Assembly (NCBI GenBank): GCA_046542715.1
Contig: JBKHAV010000002.1
Span: 5,396 to 69,395 of the forward strand
Length of the DNA: 64,000 nucleotides
Origin: Desulfovibrionales bacterium
GTDB lineage: Bacteria > Desulfobacterota > Desulfovibrionia > Desulfovibrionales > JBKHAV01
Reading direction: 5' to 3'
Shown: positions 51,401 to 60,554 of the stretch, piece by piece
How positions within the stretch are numbered: position 1 is the stretch's first letter
Layout of the letters: each line of letters begins with the position of its first letter
The notes under the pieces: generated by a model
What the model was told of the DNA's origin: nothing
The model's input: the letters and a program-made list of their open reading frames with translations, nothing else
Databases searched by the model: none
Translations under genes and position numbers: made by a program

Positions 51401-51480
51401 GAGTGTTCGTCGATGTTCGGGACGCCCCGGTTATGTACAAGTGATTGCAGGAGATGGTCCGGTGTATTATGCCCTGCCCC

Positions 51481-52392
51481 ATGAGGAAACAGAGTCAGGC
51501 CTACATGTATGGCTTGGCCACCGTGCTTCTCTGGTCGACGGTGGCTTCGGCGTTCAAGCTCTCGCTGCGCACTTTGGATGTGGTGGAACTGCTGTTCTTT
51601 TCCTCGCTTGTCTCGACTGCGGTGCTCTTTGTCTTTGTGGTCCTGCAAAAAAAACTCATCCTCTTGAGGACGGTGACCCAAAAGATTCTCGCCCAGTCGC
51701 TCCTGCTCGGTCTGCTCAACCCATTTTCGTACTATTTGATCCTGTTCAAGGCCTATGACCTCCTTCCCGCCCAGCAGGCCCAGCCCCTCAACTACACCTG
51801 GGCCATCACGCTCAGCCTGCTCAGTGTCCCGCTCCTTGGACAACGTCTTCGGCCCATCGATCTTCTCGCCCTTTTTGTGAGCTATGCCGGCGTCATCGTC
51901 ATTTCCACAGGAGGAAATGTCTCGGCGCTGACCATGACAAGCCCCCTGGGAGTTGGCCTGGCGCTGTTCAGTACTGTTGTCTGGGCGTTGTACTGGATCG
52001 CCAATACCCGTGACCGGTTCGATCCGGTTGTTCGGCTCTTTCTGAACTTTGTTTTTGGAACTGTCTACACTGCTGCGGCGTGGTGGTTCAGCAGAAAAAC
52101 CCATACATTGCCGGCTTGGAGTATGCTTCCGGGTCCCCTGTACATCGGTGTCTTTGAAATGGGAGTGACCTTCGTTCTCTGGCTCAAGGCCCTGAAACTG
52201 TCCCAATCCACTGCCAAGGTCAGCAATCTCATTTTTCTGTCCCCATTCCTTTCCCTGGTGCTCATCCATTTTCTCGTGGGGGAGGTCATCCTGCCCTCCA
52301 CGCTGACAGGGCTGATCCTGATCGTCGGGGGCATTCTCATGCAGCGAATCGGAACATCACGGGTACCGACAGAGCCGAAGCCGCGGGGCTGA
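51481..52392 (+). CDS. DMT-superfamily (EamA-like) transporter
   Basis: About ten hydrophobic helices in two EamA-like halves. Start uncertain (51454, 51469 or 51481). Confidence 0.8.
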   Translation: MRKQSQAYMYGLATVLLWSTVASAFKLSLRTLDVVELLFFSSLVSTAVLFVFVVLQKKLILLRTVTQKILAQSLLLGLLNPFSYYLILFKAYDLLPAQQAQPLNYTWAITLSLLSVPLLGQRLRPIDLLALFVSYAGVIVISTGGNVSALTMTSPLGVGLALFSTVVWALYWIANTRDRFDPVVRLFLNFVFGTVYTAAAWWFSRKTHTLPAWSMLPGPLYIGVFEMGVTFVLWLKALKLSQSTAKVSNLIFLSPFLSLVLIHFLVGEVILPSTLTGLILIVGGILMQRIGTSRVPTEPKPRG

Positions 52393-52411
52393 CCATCACC
52401 GTCTGCACCTT

Positions 52412-53437
52412 CTAGTTGATAAAGACCTGATCGAATTTTCGTTCGTTCATAAGGGTTATGCCTGTGCCGCGAACCACAGTCGTCAGGGGATCTTCATCCA
52501 GATTGACCCTGAGCTTGACCTGGTGGGTGATGAGTTTGTCAAGCCCCATGAGCAGCGAGCCTCCTCCGGCCAGCAGCACCCCATTGGTGGCGATGTCCGC
52601 CACCAGTTCGGGGGGGGTTTTCTCCAGTGCCCGTCGAATTGCGGACACGATGATGCCAACCGGCTCCTTGATCGCTTCACGAACGTGTCCGTCGGTCACG
52701 ACAATGGTCTTGGGGGTGCCGTTGACCATGTCTTTTCCGGAAACCTCCATCTGTTTCGGCTCATCCAATGGAAAGGCCGATCCTATGGCGAACTTGATCC
52801 GCTCCGCCGTGTTTTCGCCGATGAGGAGCTTGAATTGATCCTGAACATACCGCTGAATGGCCTCGTTCATCTCATCTCCGGCCACCCGCACGGACTCGGA
52901 ATAGGCAACTGCGGAAAGAGAGATGACCGCAACTTCGGTCGTTCCCCCGCCGATATCCACCACCATGTTCCCCAGGGGCTGGGCAATCGGCAGGTCGGCA
53001 CCTATCGCCGCGGCCATAGGTTCCTCCACCAGTCTGACCTCGCGGGCGCCGGCCTGGAGGGCGGATTCGATGACCGCACGCTTCTCCACCTGCGTGATCC
53101 CCGCAGGAACGCAGATGACCATCTTGGGTTTGACCAGATTGAACCCGCGGATCACTTTACGGATGAAAAAGGAGATCATGGCGCGGGTGACCTCGAAATC
53201 AGCGATCACCCCATCCTTCATGGGCCGGATGGCTTTGATCTTGTGCGGGGTCCGGCCGAGAAATTCCTTGGCTTCCTTGCCCACCGCGATAACCCGTTCC
53301 GTTCGGTTTTCCAGCGCCACAACAGACGGTTCGTTGAGCACGATTCCTTCATACGGCGTGTAGAGAAGGGTGTTGGCTGTGCCGAGGTCCATGGCCAGAC
53401 TCTTTCCCAGGAGGCCGAGTAAGCGCTTGAGAACCAT
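52412..53437 (-). CDS. mreB: Rod shape-determining actin-like protein MreB
   Basis: MDLGTANTL, NEPSVVA, DIGGGTTEVAVISL. Confidence 0.95.
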   Translation of the reverse strand: MVLKRLLGLLGKSLAMDLGTANTLLYTPYEGIVLNEPSVVALENRTERVIAVGKEAKEFLGRTPHKIKAIRPMKDGVIADFEVTRAMISFFIRKVIRGFNLVKPKMVICVPAGITQVEKRAVIESALQAGAREVRLVEEPMAAAIGADLPIAQPLGNMVVDIGGGTTEVAVISLSAVAYSESVRVAGDEMNEAIQRYVQDQFKLLIGENTAERIKFAIGSAFPLDEPKQMEVSGKDMVNGTPKTIVVTDGHVREAIKEPVGIIVSAIRRALEKTPPELVADIATNGVLLAGGGSLLMGLDKLITHQVKLRVNLDEDPLTTVVRGTGITLMNERKFDQVFIN

Positions 53438-53456
53438 AGCGTGATTTCTCGCAATG

Positions 53457-54446
53457 TTAAGAATTGTTGGACTTGAGATCGCTGACCAGCATGGTCATCT
53501 TGTTCTTGAGATACAAGTTTTCCAGGAAGGTGGCCAGGTAGTCGGATACCAGAAACAGAAAAGATTTGAGATTGTCGGAAACACGCAAGTTCTCCCGATC
53601 CGCCAGAACCAGGACTCCCCGGGCCTTCTTGTTCATTATCAGAGGAAGGCAGATCACGGACTTAAACGATGGTCCGGCAACTTCCTTGCCGAACACCGGA
53701 AAATCCACCGGACCGGATTCCTTGTCTCCGGTAAAGACTGAGGAGTTGTTCTTGAACACCCACCCGATAAGTCCGCTGCCCATGGGAAAAGATCGCGCAC
53801 CTTCCTCATTGTGTTCAAATAATGGCTGGTTCCACCCTTCCAGATAATATGTCTTGCCCCACTCGTCGCGAACGGCCAGAAACGCGAATTGATATCCGGT
53901 GTTCCTGGAGAGAATCGTAAGAAATCCTGAGAGGAAATCCGACCACCTGGGATTTTTTTCCCTGAGTTCGTGAATGGCGGAGAGGCTGCCGTAGAACCGG
54001 CGCTCCTGCTGCACGAAGTTTGCGTTGCACATGGAGCTCTGCACCGATTCGATGAGCTGCGTGAACTGATGCAGGATCTTCTGGTCCCGTTCACTGAAGG
54101 AATATGTTTTTTTACTGTCCAGGCAAAGTGCTCCCAGTCCTCCGCTCATGGGGCACCCCATGAAGGCTTTTATTTTGGATTCGCTTTCAGAGTTGTAGTA
54201 GCCGAGACAGTTGGTGGTCCGATCAAAATTATTGACCAAAAGAGGCCTTCTGTTGCGGATTATCCACCCGACAAGCCCTTTTCCTGAATGAATACGTGTA
54301 TCCGGGAGAATATTGTCCCCAAGACTGAAAGAGGCGGCAAGGAAATATTCTTCTTCTGATTCCGGAAGAAAGAGAACAGCCGAGTATGCATCGAATACAT
54401 TGCATACGATGCCGAGTATCTTTGCCAGGCAATTATTTCCATACAT
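53457..54446 (-). CDS. Tandem GAF-domain protein with no output domain
   Basis: Two GAF-like repeats (GKGLVGWIIRNRRPLLVNNF... and GSGLIGWVFKNNSSVFTGD...). Ends 19 nt before the mreB start. Confidence 0.7.
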   Translation of the reverse strand: MYGNNCLAKILGIVCNVFDAYSAVLFLPESEEEYFLAASFSLGDNILPDTRIHSGKGLVGWIIRNRRPLLVNNFDRTTNCLGYYNSESESKIKAFMGCPMSGGLGALCLDSKKTYSFSERDQKILHQFTQLIESVQSSMCNANFVQQERRFYGSLSAIHELREKNPRWSDFLSGFLTILSRNTGYQFAFLAVRDEWGKTYYLEGWNQPLFEHNEEGARSFPMGSGLIGWVFKNNSSVFTGDKESGPVDFPVFGKEVAGPSFKSVICLPLIMNKKARGVLVLADRENLRVSDNLKSFLFLVSDYLATFLENLYLKNKMTMLVSDLKSNNS

Positions 54447-54454
54447 GGAAAAGC

Positions 54455-54667
54455 CTACTTGAAGCGCCGTTTAGAGTAAAATTCGAGGGTGCGATTATAT
54501 GTCTTTTCCTCTTCTTCAGAAAAGTAACAGACAGGAAGCTCCATTCGTTTTCGATGATAATGCATGCATTGGCAACACAGTCCATGCCTGGGGCACCCCA
54601 GTGAGGTACAGGGGCATTCCTGCCTGTCGACCGCAGGCCTGGGAAATTGCTGAAGCCTCCGGCTCAT
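54455..54667 (-). CDS. Small Cys-rich protein (DUF6485-like CxC...C...CCxC...H pattern)
   Basis: ATG at complement of 54665-54667 with AAGGA 9 nt upstream. CPCTSLGCPRHGLCCQCMHYHRKRMELPVCYF. Confidence 0.6.
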   Translation of the reverse strand: MSRRLQQFPRPAVDRQECPCTSLGCPRHGLCCQCMHYHRKRMELPVCYFSEEEEKTYNRTLEFYSKRRFK

Positions 54668-54921
54668 TTGTATTGATCCTTCTTCGAAACCATTGCTTCG
54701 CAAGATGAGCCTGAATCACTAATGAATGGGGAAGTTCCTGTCAATTTCCTGTCTTCATTGATTATTTTTTTCATATTTGCTATCATCAATAACGTAACAA
54801 ATATAACTTCTTATACATCTCACAAAGTTCTTCAACGACCAAAGGATTACCTGTCCGTGCTGCAACCCTGCCCCTGATTCCTGCGGAATGCCACTTTTTT
54901 AAAGGAATTCATCGCAAATAC

Positions 54922-56658
54922 ATGGCCATGATCAAAAAATGGAATGAAGCTTTTACCAAACCCTCCAACCATTTGAAACGGGAACGGGCAAAACCGGTAA
55001 ATTCCCTGGAGCGGCTCAAGCTTTTTCTGGACAGCGTGCATATCCCCCTTTGCCTGCTCAAGCCCTATTTCGAAAAAAAAGAGTATCCTCTGGTGGAATC
55101 CAGAGAACTTCTGCCTTCTTTTGAACCCGACCTGTTTGAGCATTCCGATCTTCCGGGGTTCAGTTTTATCGCGTTCGAAAGGCCTCTGGATTACTTTCAT
55201 GAAATCTTTCAATTCGATATCCTGCACACGTGTCATGAGGCCCATGTGTCGTCCAGCCGGACATGTCCCCTGGAAGAGACCATCATCTACAACAATGTCC
55301 AGGCTTTTCTCAGCCGCATGCCCAAGAACCTGCAGGAAGAGTTCAGGAGCCAATTTCAGGACAAAAACGTTTCAGACCTGGATTCCTACCCGGAAGTGCT
55401 GCCCTATCTCCTCCAAATGGACAGAGCCCATGTGATGGCGATGAATGCCGAGCAGGAGTTCTATCTTTCAGGCATCTACGGCTCCTTTCCCTCGGATCTC
55501 GACACCGAATTGAAACGGTTCGGACTGAAGATAGGGAAGTTCAACGTTCATGACAACACCAAGTACGAACAGAACCGGCCCTTCACGTACCAGTTCCTCA
55601 TGGAACTTTACGGCTTTCCCATTGTTTCGGAACGACGCACCTCTGCCGCTCTTTTTTCCAGAAGGCTTTTCCGCATGGGCGAGCAGTTTCTGATCAGGGT
55701 TTTGGGGCAGTCGGATCGGTGCATCACGACGCTTCACAGCCATCCTCGCTGCCGGTTCCACCCGTGTGTGGAAAAAATCGCCCTGTTCCGGGTGGACTCC
55801 GACCGGGAAGAGATCCTCGGTCCCCTGAAGCGGGGCGGCTACTTTGTGGACGAAGCGAAACAGGTCGTCATTCTCCGGGTCCTGTACCGGCAGCACAAGT
55901 ACGATCCGAACAACGTCCGGGAGGACAGGGCGCTTTCCGTGTTCCGGCAGGAAGTCATCCACCCCCTGTCCGGCAAAGTGCTCGACTCGCTGAACCTGAT
56001 CAAGGATATTTCTTCCATGACGCTCAAGCTCAATGACATCGTGCGCGGCGAGTTCATTGGCAGAATCAAGTTCAAACGCCATGAGATCGTGGAAAATACC
56101 GACACCCACGAAAAGCGGCTCAAGTTCCTTCATTCCTGGCTTTCCAAGCATCAACGCAGGATCATCGGGTACTCTGAGGAGTTCTATTCCAATGTGGTCA
56201 AGGTTCTGGACAACTACCTGCTCAACGCGGACAACTTTGCCGACTTCAATGACATGCACGATCTCTATCAGGAGGTCTGGTCCAAATACAGTTATATCCA
56301 GCAGGCAAGGAAAGTGAAGGAACTGGAAGACCTCAAGGACCGGGATGCCAAGGGCAACACCCTGAGCTATCTGCAGATGCTCGAACAGACCACCGAGATC
56401 ATGAGTGCCCTCAAATTTGAAATTGTGAATTATTTCGATGAACTGGTGGAGCGCTACATCAACATCTGCGAGATGATGCTCAACAACAGCTATCTCCAGC
56501 GCACGTATATCCGCCCAAAGAAAGAACGCCTCACGCCATACGGCCTCAAAGTGCGCACCCTGTATGGACGGCTGGTTTCTCTGGTGGATGAGTTCAAGGC
56601 CATACGCAAAACCAAAGTCGAGGCGGAAGGACGCGGTCCCATAGGATTTGCCGCATGA
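54922..56658 (+). CDS. Hypothetical 578-aa cytoplasmic protein, no recognisable domain
   Basis: Long ORF with protein-like composition; the opposite-strand ORF 55468..56763 has antisense-type V/L/H/D/G-rich composition. Its stop is 22 nt before the gcvT GTG. Confidence 0.75.
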   Translation: MAMIKKWNEAFTKPSNHLKRERAKPVNSLERLKLFLDSVHIPLCLLKPYFEKKEYPLVESRELLPSFEPDLFEHSDLPGFSFIAFERPLDYFHEIFQFDILHTCHEAHVSSSRTCPLEETIIYNNVQAFLSRMPKNLQEEFRSQFQDKNVSDLDSYPEVLPYLLQMDRAHVMAMNAEQEFYLSGIYGSFPSDLDTELKRFGLKIGKFNVHDNTKYEQNRPFTYQFLMELYGFPIVSERRTSAALFSRRLFRMGEQFLIRVLGQSDRCITTLHSHPRCRFHPCVEKIALFRVDSDREEILGPLKRGGYFVDEAKQVVILRVLYRQHKYDPNNVREDRALSVFRQEVIHPLSGKVLDSLNLIKDISSMTLKLNDIVRGEFIGRIKFKRHEIVENTDTHEKRLKFLHSWLSKHQRRIIGYSEEFYSNVVKVLDNYLLNADNFADFNDMHDLYQEVWSKYSYIQQARKVKELEDLKDRDAKGNTLSYLQMLEQTTEIMSALKFEIVNYFDELVERYINICEMMLNNSYLQRTYIRPKKERLTPYGLKVRTLYGRLVSLVDEFKAIRKTKVEAEGRGPIGFAA

Positions 56659-56680
56659 TTGCCAACACAAGGACAGGACA

Positions 56681-57763
56681 GTGAACGAACTGCACAAGAC
56701 ACCTCTATTTGACTGGCACTCGAAGAACAGGGCCCGGATGGTGCCCTTTGCCGGCTGGGTCATGCCCCTTCAGTACGACTCCATTCTCACAGAGCATCAC
56801 CATACGCGAAAAAAGGTTTCGGTATTTGACATCTGCCACATGGGGGAATTTCTGGTCCAAGGTCCCGGAGCCAGGGAAAGCCTCTCCTTTTTGCTAACCC
56901 ATGATCTGGATACTCTGCGCCCCGGCAGGTGCCGTTACGGGTTTATGCTCGATCCAAAGGGAGGTGTTCTGGACGATTTGATCGTCTATGCCCTGGACGA
57001 AGAATCCTACATGCTGGTGGTCAATGGTGCGCGGATCGACGCTGATTTCTCCTGGATACACTCCCACCTTCTCCCGGAAACCACCATCAAAAATATTTCC
57101 GAGCAGACAGCCAAGATCGACCTGCAGGGGCCGGAATGCCTTTCGCCCTTGGAAAAAGTCCTCACAGGGGACTGGCGGATTCCCTATTTTTCCTTCCGCA
57201 GGACCCAGTTTGCAGGAGAGGAGATTTTGGTCAGCAGAACCGGATATACCGGAGAACTGGGATTTGAGCTGTATATGCCGGCCAGTCTTGCCGTGACCGT
57301 ATGGACGGCCCTGATGGAAAACCCTGCGGTCCGTCCCGCCGGCCTGGGCGCCCGGGACACCCTGCGGCTCGAAGCCGGCCTGCCCCTTTACGGTCAGGAT
57401 CTGGACGAGCACCACACCCCTGTTGAAGCCGGATACGGCTTCATGCTCAGGAAATCCTGCAATTTTCTCGGCAAGGAAAAGATGACCAGGATCAAAGAGC
57501 GACTGGTCGGGTTTCATATCGAAGGGAAGCGCAGCGCCCGACATGGGGACGGTATTCTGCTTGCCGGGAACAGGAGGCAGGTCGGCAGGATTACCAGCGG
57601 CTCCATCGCCCCAAGCCTTGGCCATTGCATCGCTTTGGGCTATGTGGATGCCGAATTTGCCCAAGAAGACTCCTATATTGTTGCAGGAGCACGGACCGAG
57701 TTCACAGCAACACGAACAGACCCGCCATTTTATTCCCAGGGCACGGCCCGCATGAAATTTTAA
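56681..57763 (+). CDS. gcvT: Aminomethyltransferase (glycine cleavage system T protein)
   Basis: GTG at 56681. TPLFDWHSKNRARMVPFAGWVMPLQY...VFDICHMGEF...TGYTGELGFE. Confidence 0.9.
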   Translation: MNELHKTPLFDWHSKNRARMVPFAGWVMPLQYDSILTEHHHTRKKVSVFDICHMGEFLVQGPGARESLSFLLTHDLDTLRPGRCRYGFMLDPKGGVLDDLIVYALDEESYMLVVNGARIDADFSWIHSHLLPETTIKNISEQTAKIDLQGPECLSPLEKVLTGDWRIPYFSFRRTQFAGEEILVSRTGYTGELGFELYMPASLAVTVWTALMENPAVRPAGLGARDTLRLEAGLPLYGQDLDEHHTPVEAGYGFMLRKSCNFLGKEKMTRIKERLVGFHIEGKRSARHGDGILLAGNRRQVGRITSGSIAPSLGHCIALGYVDAEFAQEDSYIVAGARTEFTATRTDPPFYSQGTARMKF

Positions 57764-57901
57764 CGCAGCGTTTCCAATTGGTTTTTAATTTGCATACGTT
57801 ATATCCGATCTCATATCTGAAGCAGGAACGGCCCGTATTTATGCATGATATTGGATCAGTAAAGGCAAACCACTCTGCGAGTGCGTCGATATTGAGCCCG
57901 G

Positions 57902-58648
57902 ATGTACACTTTTTTTGTCCCGCCTGAGGACTGGAAGGACTCCCTCACCCTTGAAGGTCAGGAACACCTGCACTTCAAAAGGGTTCTTCGGGGGCACGCC
58001 GGGCAGAACATCAGGATTCTCGACGGTGCCGGCCGGGAGGCAGTCTGTCGGGTGAAGACGGTGGAATCCAGACGGACAGTTTTGGAACTCCAGACGCTTT
58101 GTACCCATCCTGAACCAGAGGTCCGATTTTATCTGGCGCCTGGCTGGAACAAATCTCTTCGGCGAACCTGGCTGCTCGAAAAAGCCGCTGAACTGGGATG
58201 TGACGGATTGCTGTTCTGGCAGGCGGCCCGCAGTCAGGGCACGGTGCCAAAAGAGCCCAAGACATCCTGGACCGCCCAGGTTACGGCAGGAGCCAAGCAG
58301 AGCGTCAACCCGTTTTTCCCAAAGATCAAGACGCTTGACAGAGGCATAGATGATCTGATCGGGATGCGAAAGGACTTTGACCAGCTCTTCGTTCTGTGGG
58401 AAGGGGAGGACCGGCAACGACTATCTCCGCAAACGTCGTTTGCTCCCGGCCGTCACCTGATCGTACTCGGCCCTGAGGGCGGGTTGTTGAATGAAGAAGT
58501 AGAGAAGCTTTTGAAGGCCGGGTTCGCGCCTGTGAGTCTCGGCCAGAGAATTTTGCGCTGGGAAACCGCCGCCCTGCTCTGCCTGAGCATTTTCTGGTGG
58601 GCAGGACGTCATCACGCTCCGGGAGCTCCGGCAACGGACGAGAACTAG
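57902..58648 (+). CDS. rsmE: 16S rRNA (uracil1498-N3)-methyltransferase
   Basis: N-terminus HLHFKRVLR. C-terminus IVLGPEGGL...LGQRILRWETAAL. Confidence 0.9.
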   Translation: MYTFFVPPEDWKDSLTLEGQEHLHFKRVLRGHAGQNIRILDGAGREAVCRVKTVESRRTVLELQTLCTHPEPEVRFYLAPGWNKSLRRTWLLEKAAELGCDGLLFWQAARSQGTVPKEPKTSWTAQVTAGAKQSVNPFFPKIKTLDRGIDDLIGMRKDFDQLFVLWEGEDRQRLSPQTSFAPGRHLIVLGPEGGLLNEEVEKLLKAGFAPVSLGQRILRWETAALLCLSIFWWAGRHHAPGAPATDEN

Positions 58649-58663
58649 CATGGAGGAGAAATC

Positions 58664-59215
58664 ATGCACTGCACCAAATGTCGGTTCAATTCCTTTGATC
58701 ACGCTTTGACCTGTCCGCGTTGCGGGAACGACTGGGGAAAGCAGCGGGAAACCCTCAACCTGGGCTGGATAACCAGTGCCACCTTTGACTGGATTGGGGA
58801 GGAAAACAGCGTTGGAGCCGGCGCTTCAACAGCTTCGGCATCCGCTTCCCAGGGTGCAGGGGAATCCGAGTACCAGGAAACAGGCATCGAAGAACTCAGC
58901 TTTGACGATTTCGAAGAGGTCAATCTCGGTCAGGTCAGCAGTGAGGCAACGAACTCTTCCCATGATTCTTTCGAAGATATCGACCTTTCCCTGGAGGGCG
59001 ATGTCGGGGAGAGCATGCCGGAAATTTCCCTTGTGGAAGATGACGACGACATGGAATCCACGATACTGGGAAAGGAGGATGCAGGACTCGATATTGACCT
59101 TGAAGACCTTCAGGCCCAGGGCACTTCCAGCGATCTTGACGACGAAGAGATCTCACTTGATGATCTTGATCTCGAACTCGACGATCTCATCGAAACATCG
59201 AAGAAAGGCGAGTAG
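58664..59215 (+). CDS. Zinc-ribbon protein with long, highly acidic low-complexity tail
   Basis: MHCTKCRFNSFDHALTCPRCGNDW, followed by a D/E/L/S-rich repeat-like tail (LDIDLEDL, DLDLELDDL). Confidence 0.65.
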   Translation: MHCTKCRFNSFDHALTCPRCGNDWGKQRETLNLGWITSATFDWIGEENSVGAGASTASASASQGAGESEYQETGIEELSFDDFEEVNLGQVSSEATNSSHDSFEDIDLSLEGDVGESMPEISLVEDDDDMESTILGKEDAGLDIDLEDLQAQGTSSDLDDEEISLDDLDLELDDLIETSKKGE

Positions 59216-59242
59216 CCGCTCCCTGGTTCTGCAGGAGATATT

Positions 59243-60457
59243 GTGACGGAGAAACGTCCCCTGGCCGATAGGATCCGGCCAGGGTCTCTTGAGGAGTTCA
59301 TCGGCCAGGACCATCTCCGATCTCGCATCGAGGCGATGCTCCGGGCCCCCAGACTGTCCAGTCTCCTGCTCTACGGTCCTCCGGGTTGCGGCAAATCAAC
59401 GCTTGCCCTTCTCATTGCCGGTGCAGGCAGGAGAAAGTATATCCGGCTCAGTGCGCCTGAAGTGGGGCTTGCCAATCTCCGCAAAAAAATCGAGGACGTC
59501 GACCTCCTCATCCTTGACGAACTGCACCGCTTCTCCAAAGCCCAGCAGGATTTCTTTCTGCCCCTTCTGGAGAGCGGAACCATTACCCTGCTCGCCACCA
59601 CCACGGAAAATCCTTCATTCAGCGTCACCCGGCAACTGCTCTCCCGGTTGCACGTCCTCCGTCTCCGACCGTTGAGCAGCGATGAACTCGTGACCATCGC
59701 CAAAACCGGGAGCCACGCTCTTGGGTTCGACATTGCAGAGGATTCCCTGGAAATTTTTGCCAGGCTCGCCGGAGGCGATGCGCGGTCCCTTCTGAATCTT
59801 CTGGAATATGCGGCTGAGCTCGATCCTGAAAGCCTCAAGCCTGAAAACATCAAAGCGGCTCTTCCTGACATTGTCATTCGCGGGGACAGGGATGCGGATT
59901 CCCACTACGAACTGGCGTCAGCACTGATCAAATCCATTCGCGGCTCTGATCCGGACGCCGCGCTCTACTATCTGGCTTGTCTGCTGGAAAGCGGAGAAGA
60001 CCCGCGATTTATCTGCCGCAGGCTCGTCTTGTCGGCATCCGAGGACGTCGGCCTCGGGGACCCCATGGGGTTGCCCATTGCAGTCTCCTGCCAACATGCA
60101 GTGGAGTTCGTGGGCATGCCCGAAGGGTTCATCCCGCTGGCTGAAACCGTGGTCTACCTGGCCCTCGCCCCCAAGAGCAATTCCACGTACGCCGCATACC
60201 TCGCCGCCCAGAAGGAGATCCGGGCCAACGGGGTCAGGCCGGTTCCTCTGCACCTGCGAAACCCCTCGACGTCTCTGCAGAAACAGTGGGGGTTCGGCAA
60301 GGATTACAAATACCCTCACAGCTACCCTGAAGCCTGGGTCGACCAGGAATACCTGCCCCAGGAACTCGCCACCCGTACCTTCTACCAGCCCAAAGACCAG
60401 GGGATGGAGCAACGTTTGAATCTGTGGCTGAAAAAAAGAAAAAAAGCCAGGCGGTAA
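59243..60457 (+). CDS. rarA: Replication-associated recombination protein A (RarA/MgsA)
   Basis: GTG after AGGAGA. RPGSLEEFIGQDHL, GPPGCGKST, C-terminal MgsA domain. Confidence 0.9.
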   Translation: MTEKRPLADRIRPGSLEEFIGQDHLRSRIEAMLRAPRLSSLLLYGPPGCGKSTLALLIAGAGRRKYIRLSAPEVGLANLRKKIEDVDLLILDELHRFSKAQQDFFLPLLESGTITLLATTTENPSFSVTRQLLSRLHVLRLRPLSSDELVTIAKTGSHALGFDIAEDSLEIFARLAGGDARSLLNLLEYAAELDPESLKPENIKAALPDIVIRGDRDADSHYELASALIKSIRGSDPDAALYYLACLLESGEDPRFICRRLVLSASEDVGLGDPMGLPIAVSCQHAVEFVGMPEGFIPLAETVVYLALAPKSNSTYAAYLAAQKEIRANGVRPVPLHLRNPSTSLQKQWGFGKDYKYPHSYPEAWVDQEYLPQELATRTFYQPKDQGMEQRLNLWLKKRKKARR

Positions 60458-60463
60458 AGAGGC

Positions 60464-60492
60464 GAGATGCCGGACTCTTCCTCCGGCATCTC
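60464..60492. terminator. Perfect 11-bp hairpin between convergent rarA and the M16 protease gene
   Basis: GAGATGCCGGA-ctcttcc-TCCGGCATCTC. Weak U-tract. Confidence 0.55.
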
Positions 60493-60554
60493 CGTGAGGG
60501 ACTGGTTGACTCCTTGTCGTTCAAAAATCCAGCATTCACATTCCAGGCCCCCTG

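Noticed and set aside
54704-54921. Glycine riboswitch upstream of the gcvT-containing operon.
   Set aside because: No ACCGAAGG / CTCTGGAGAG-type conserved cores are visible. The 22-nt gap directly before gcvT is too short.
55468-56763. 431-aa minus-strand ORF opposite the unknown 578-aa gene. I checked it because the plus-strand gene has no known domain.
   Set aside because: The minus-frame product has the usual antisense composition (V/L/H/D/F/G/Q-rich, few K/Y/N). It also runs across the gcvT start. The plus frame has balanced composition and is coupled to gcvT.
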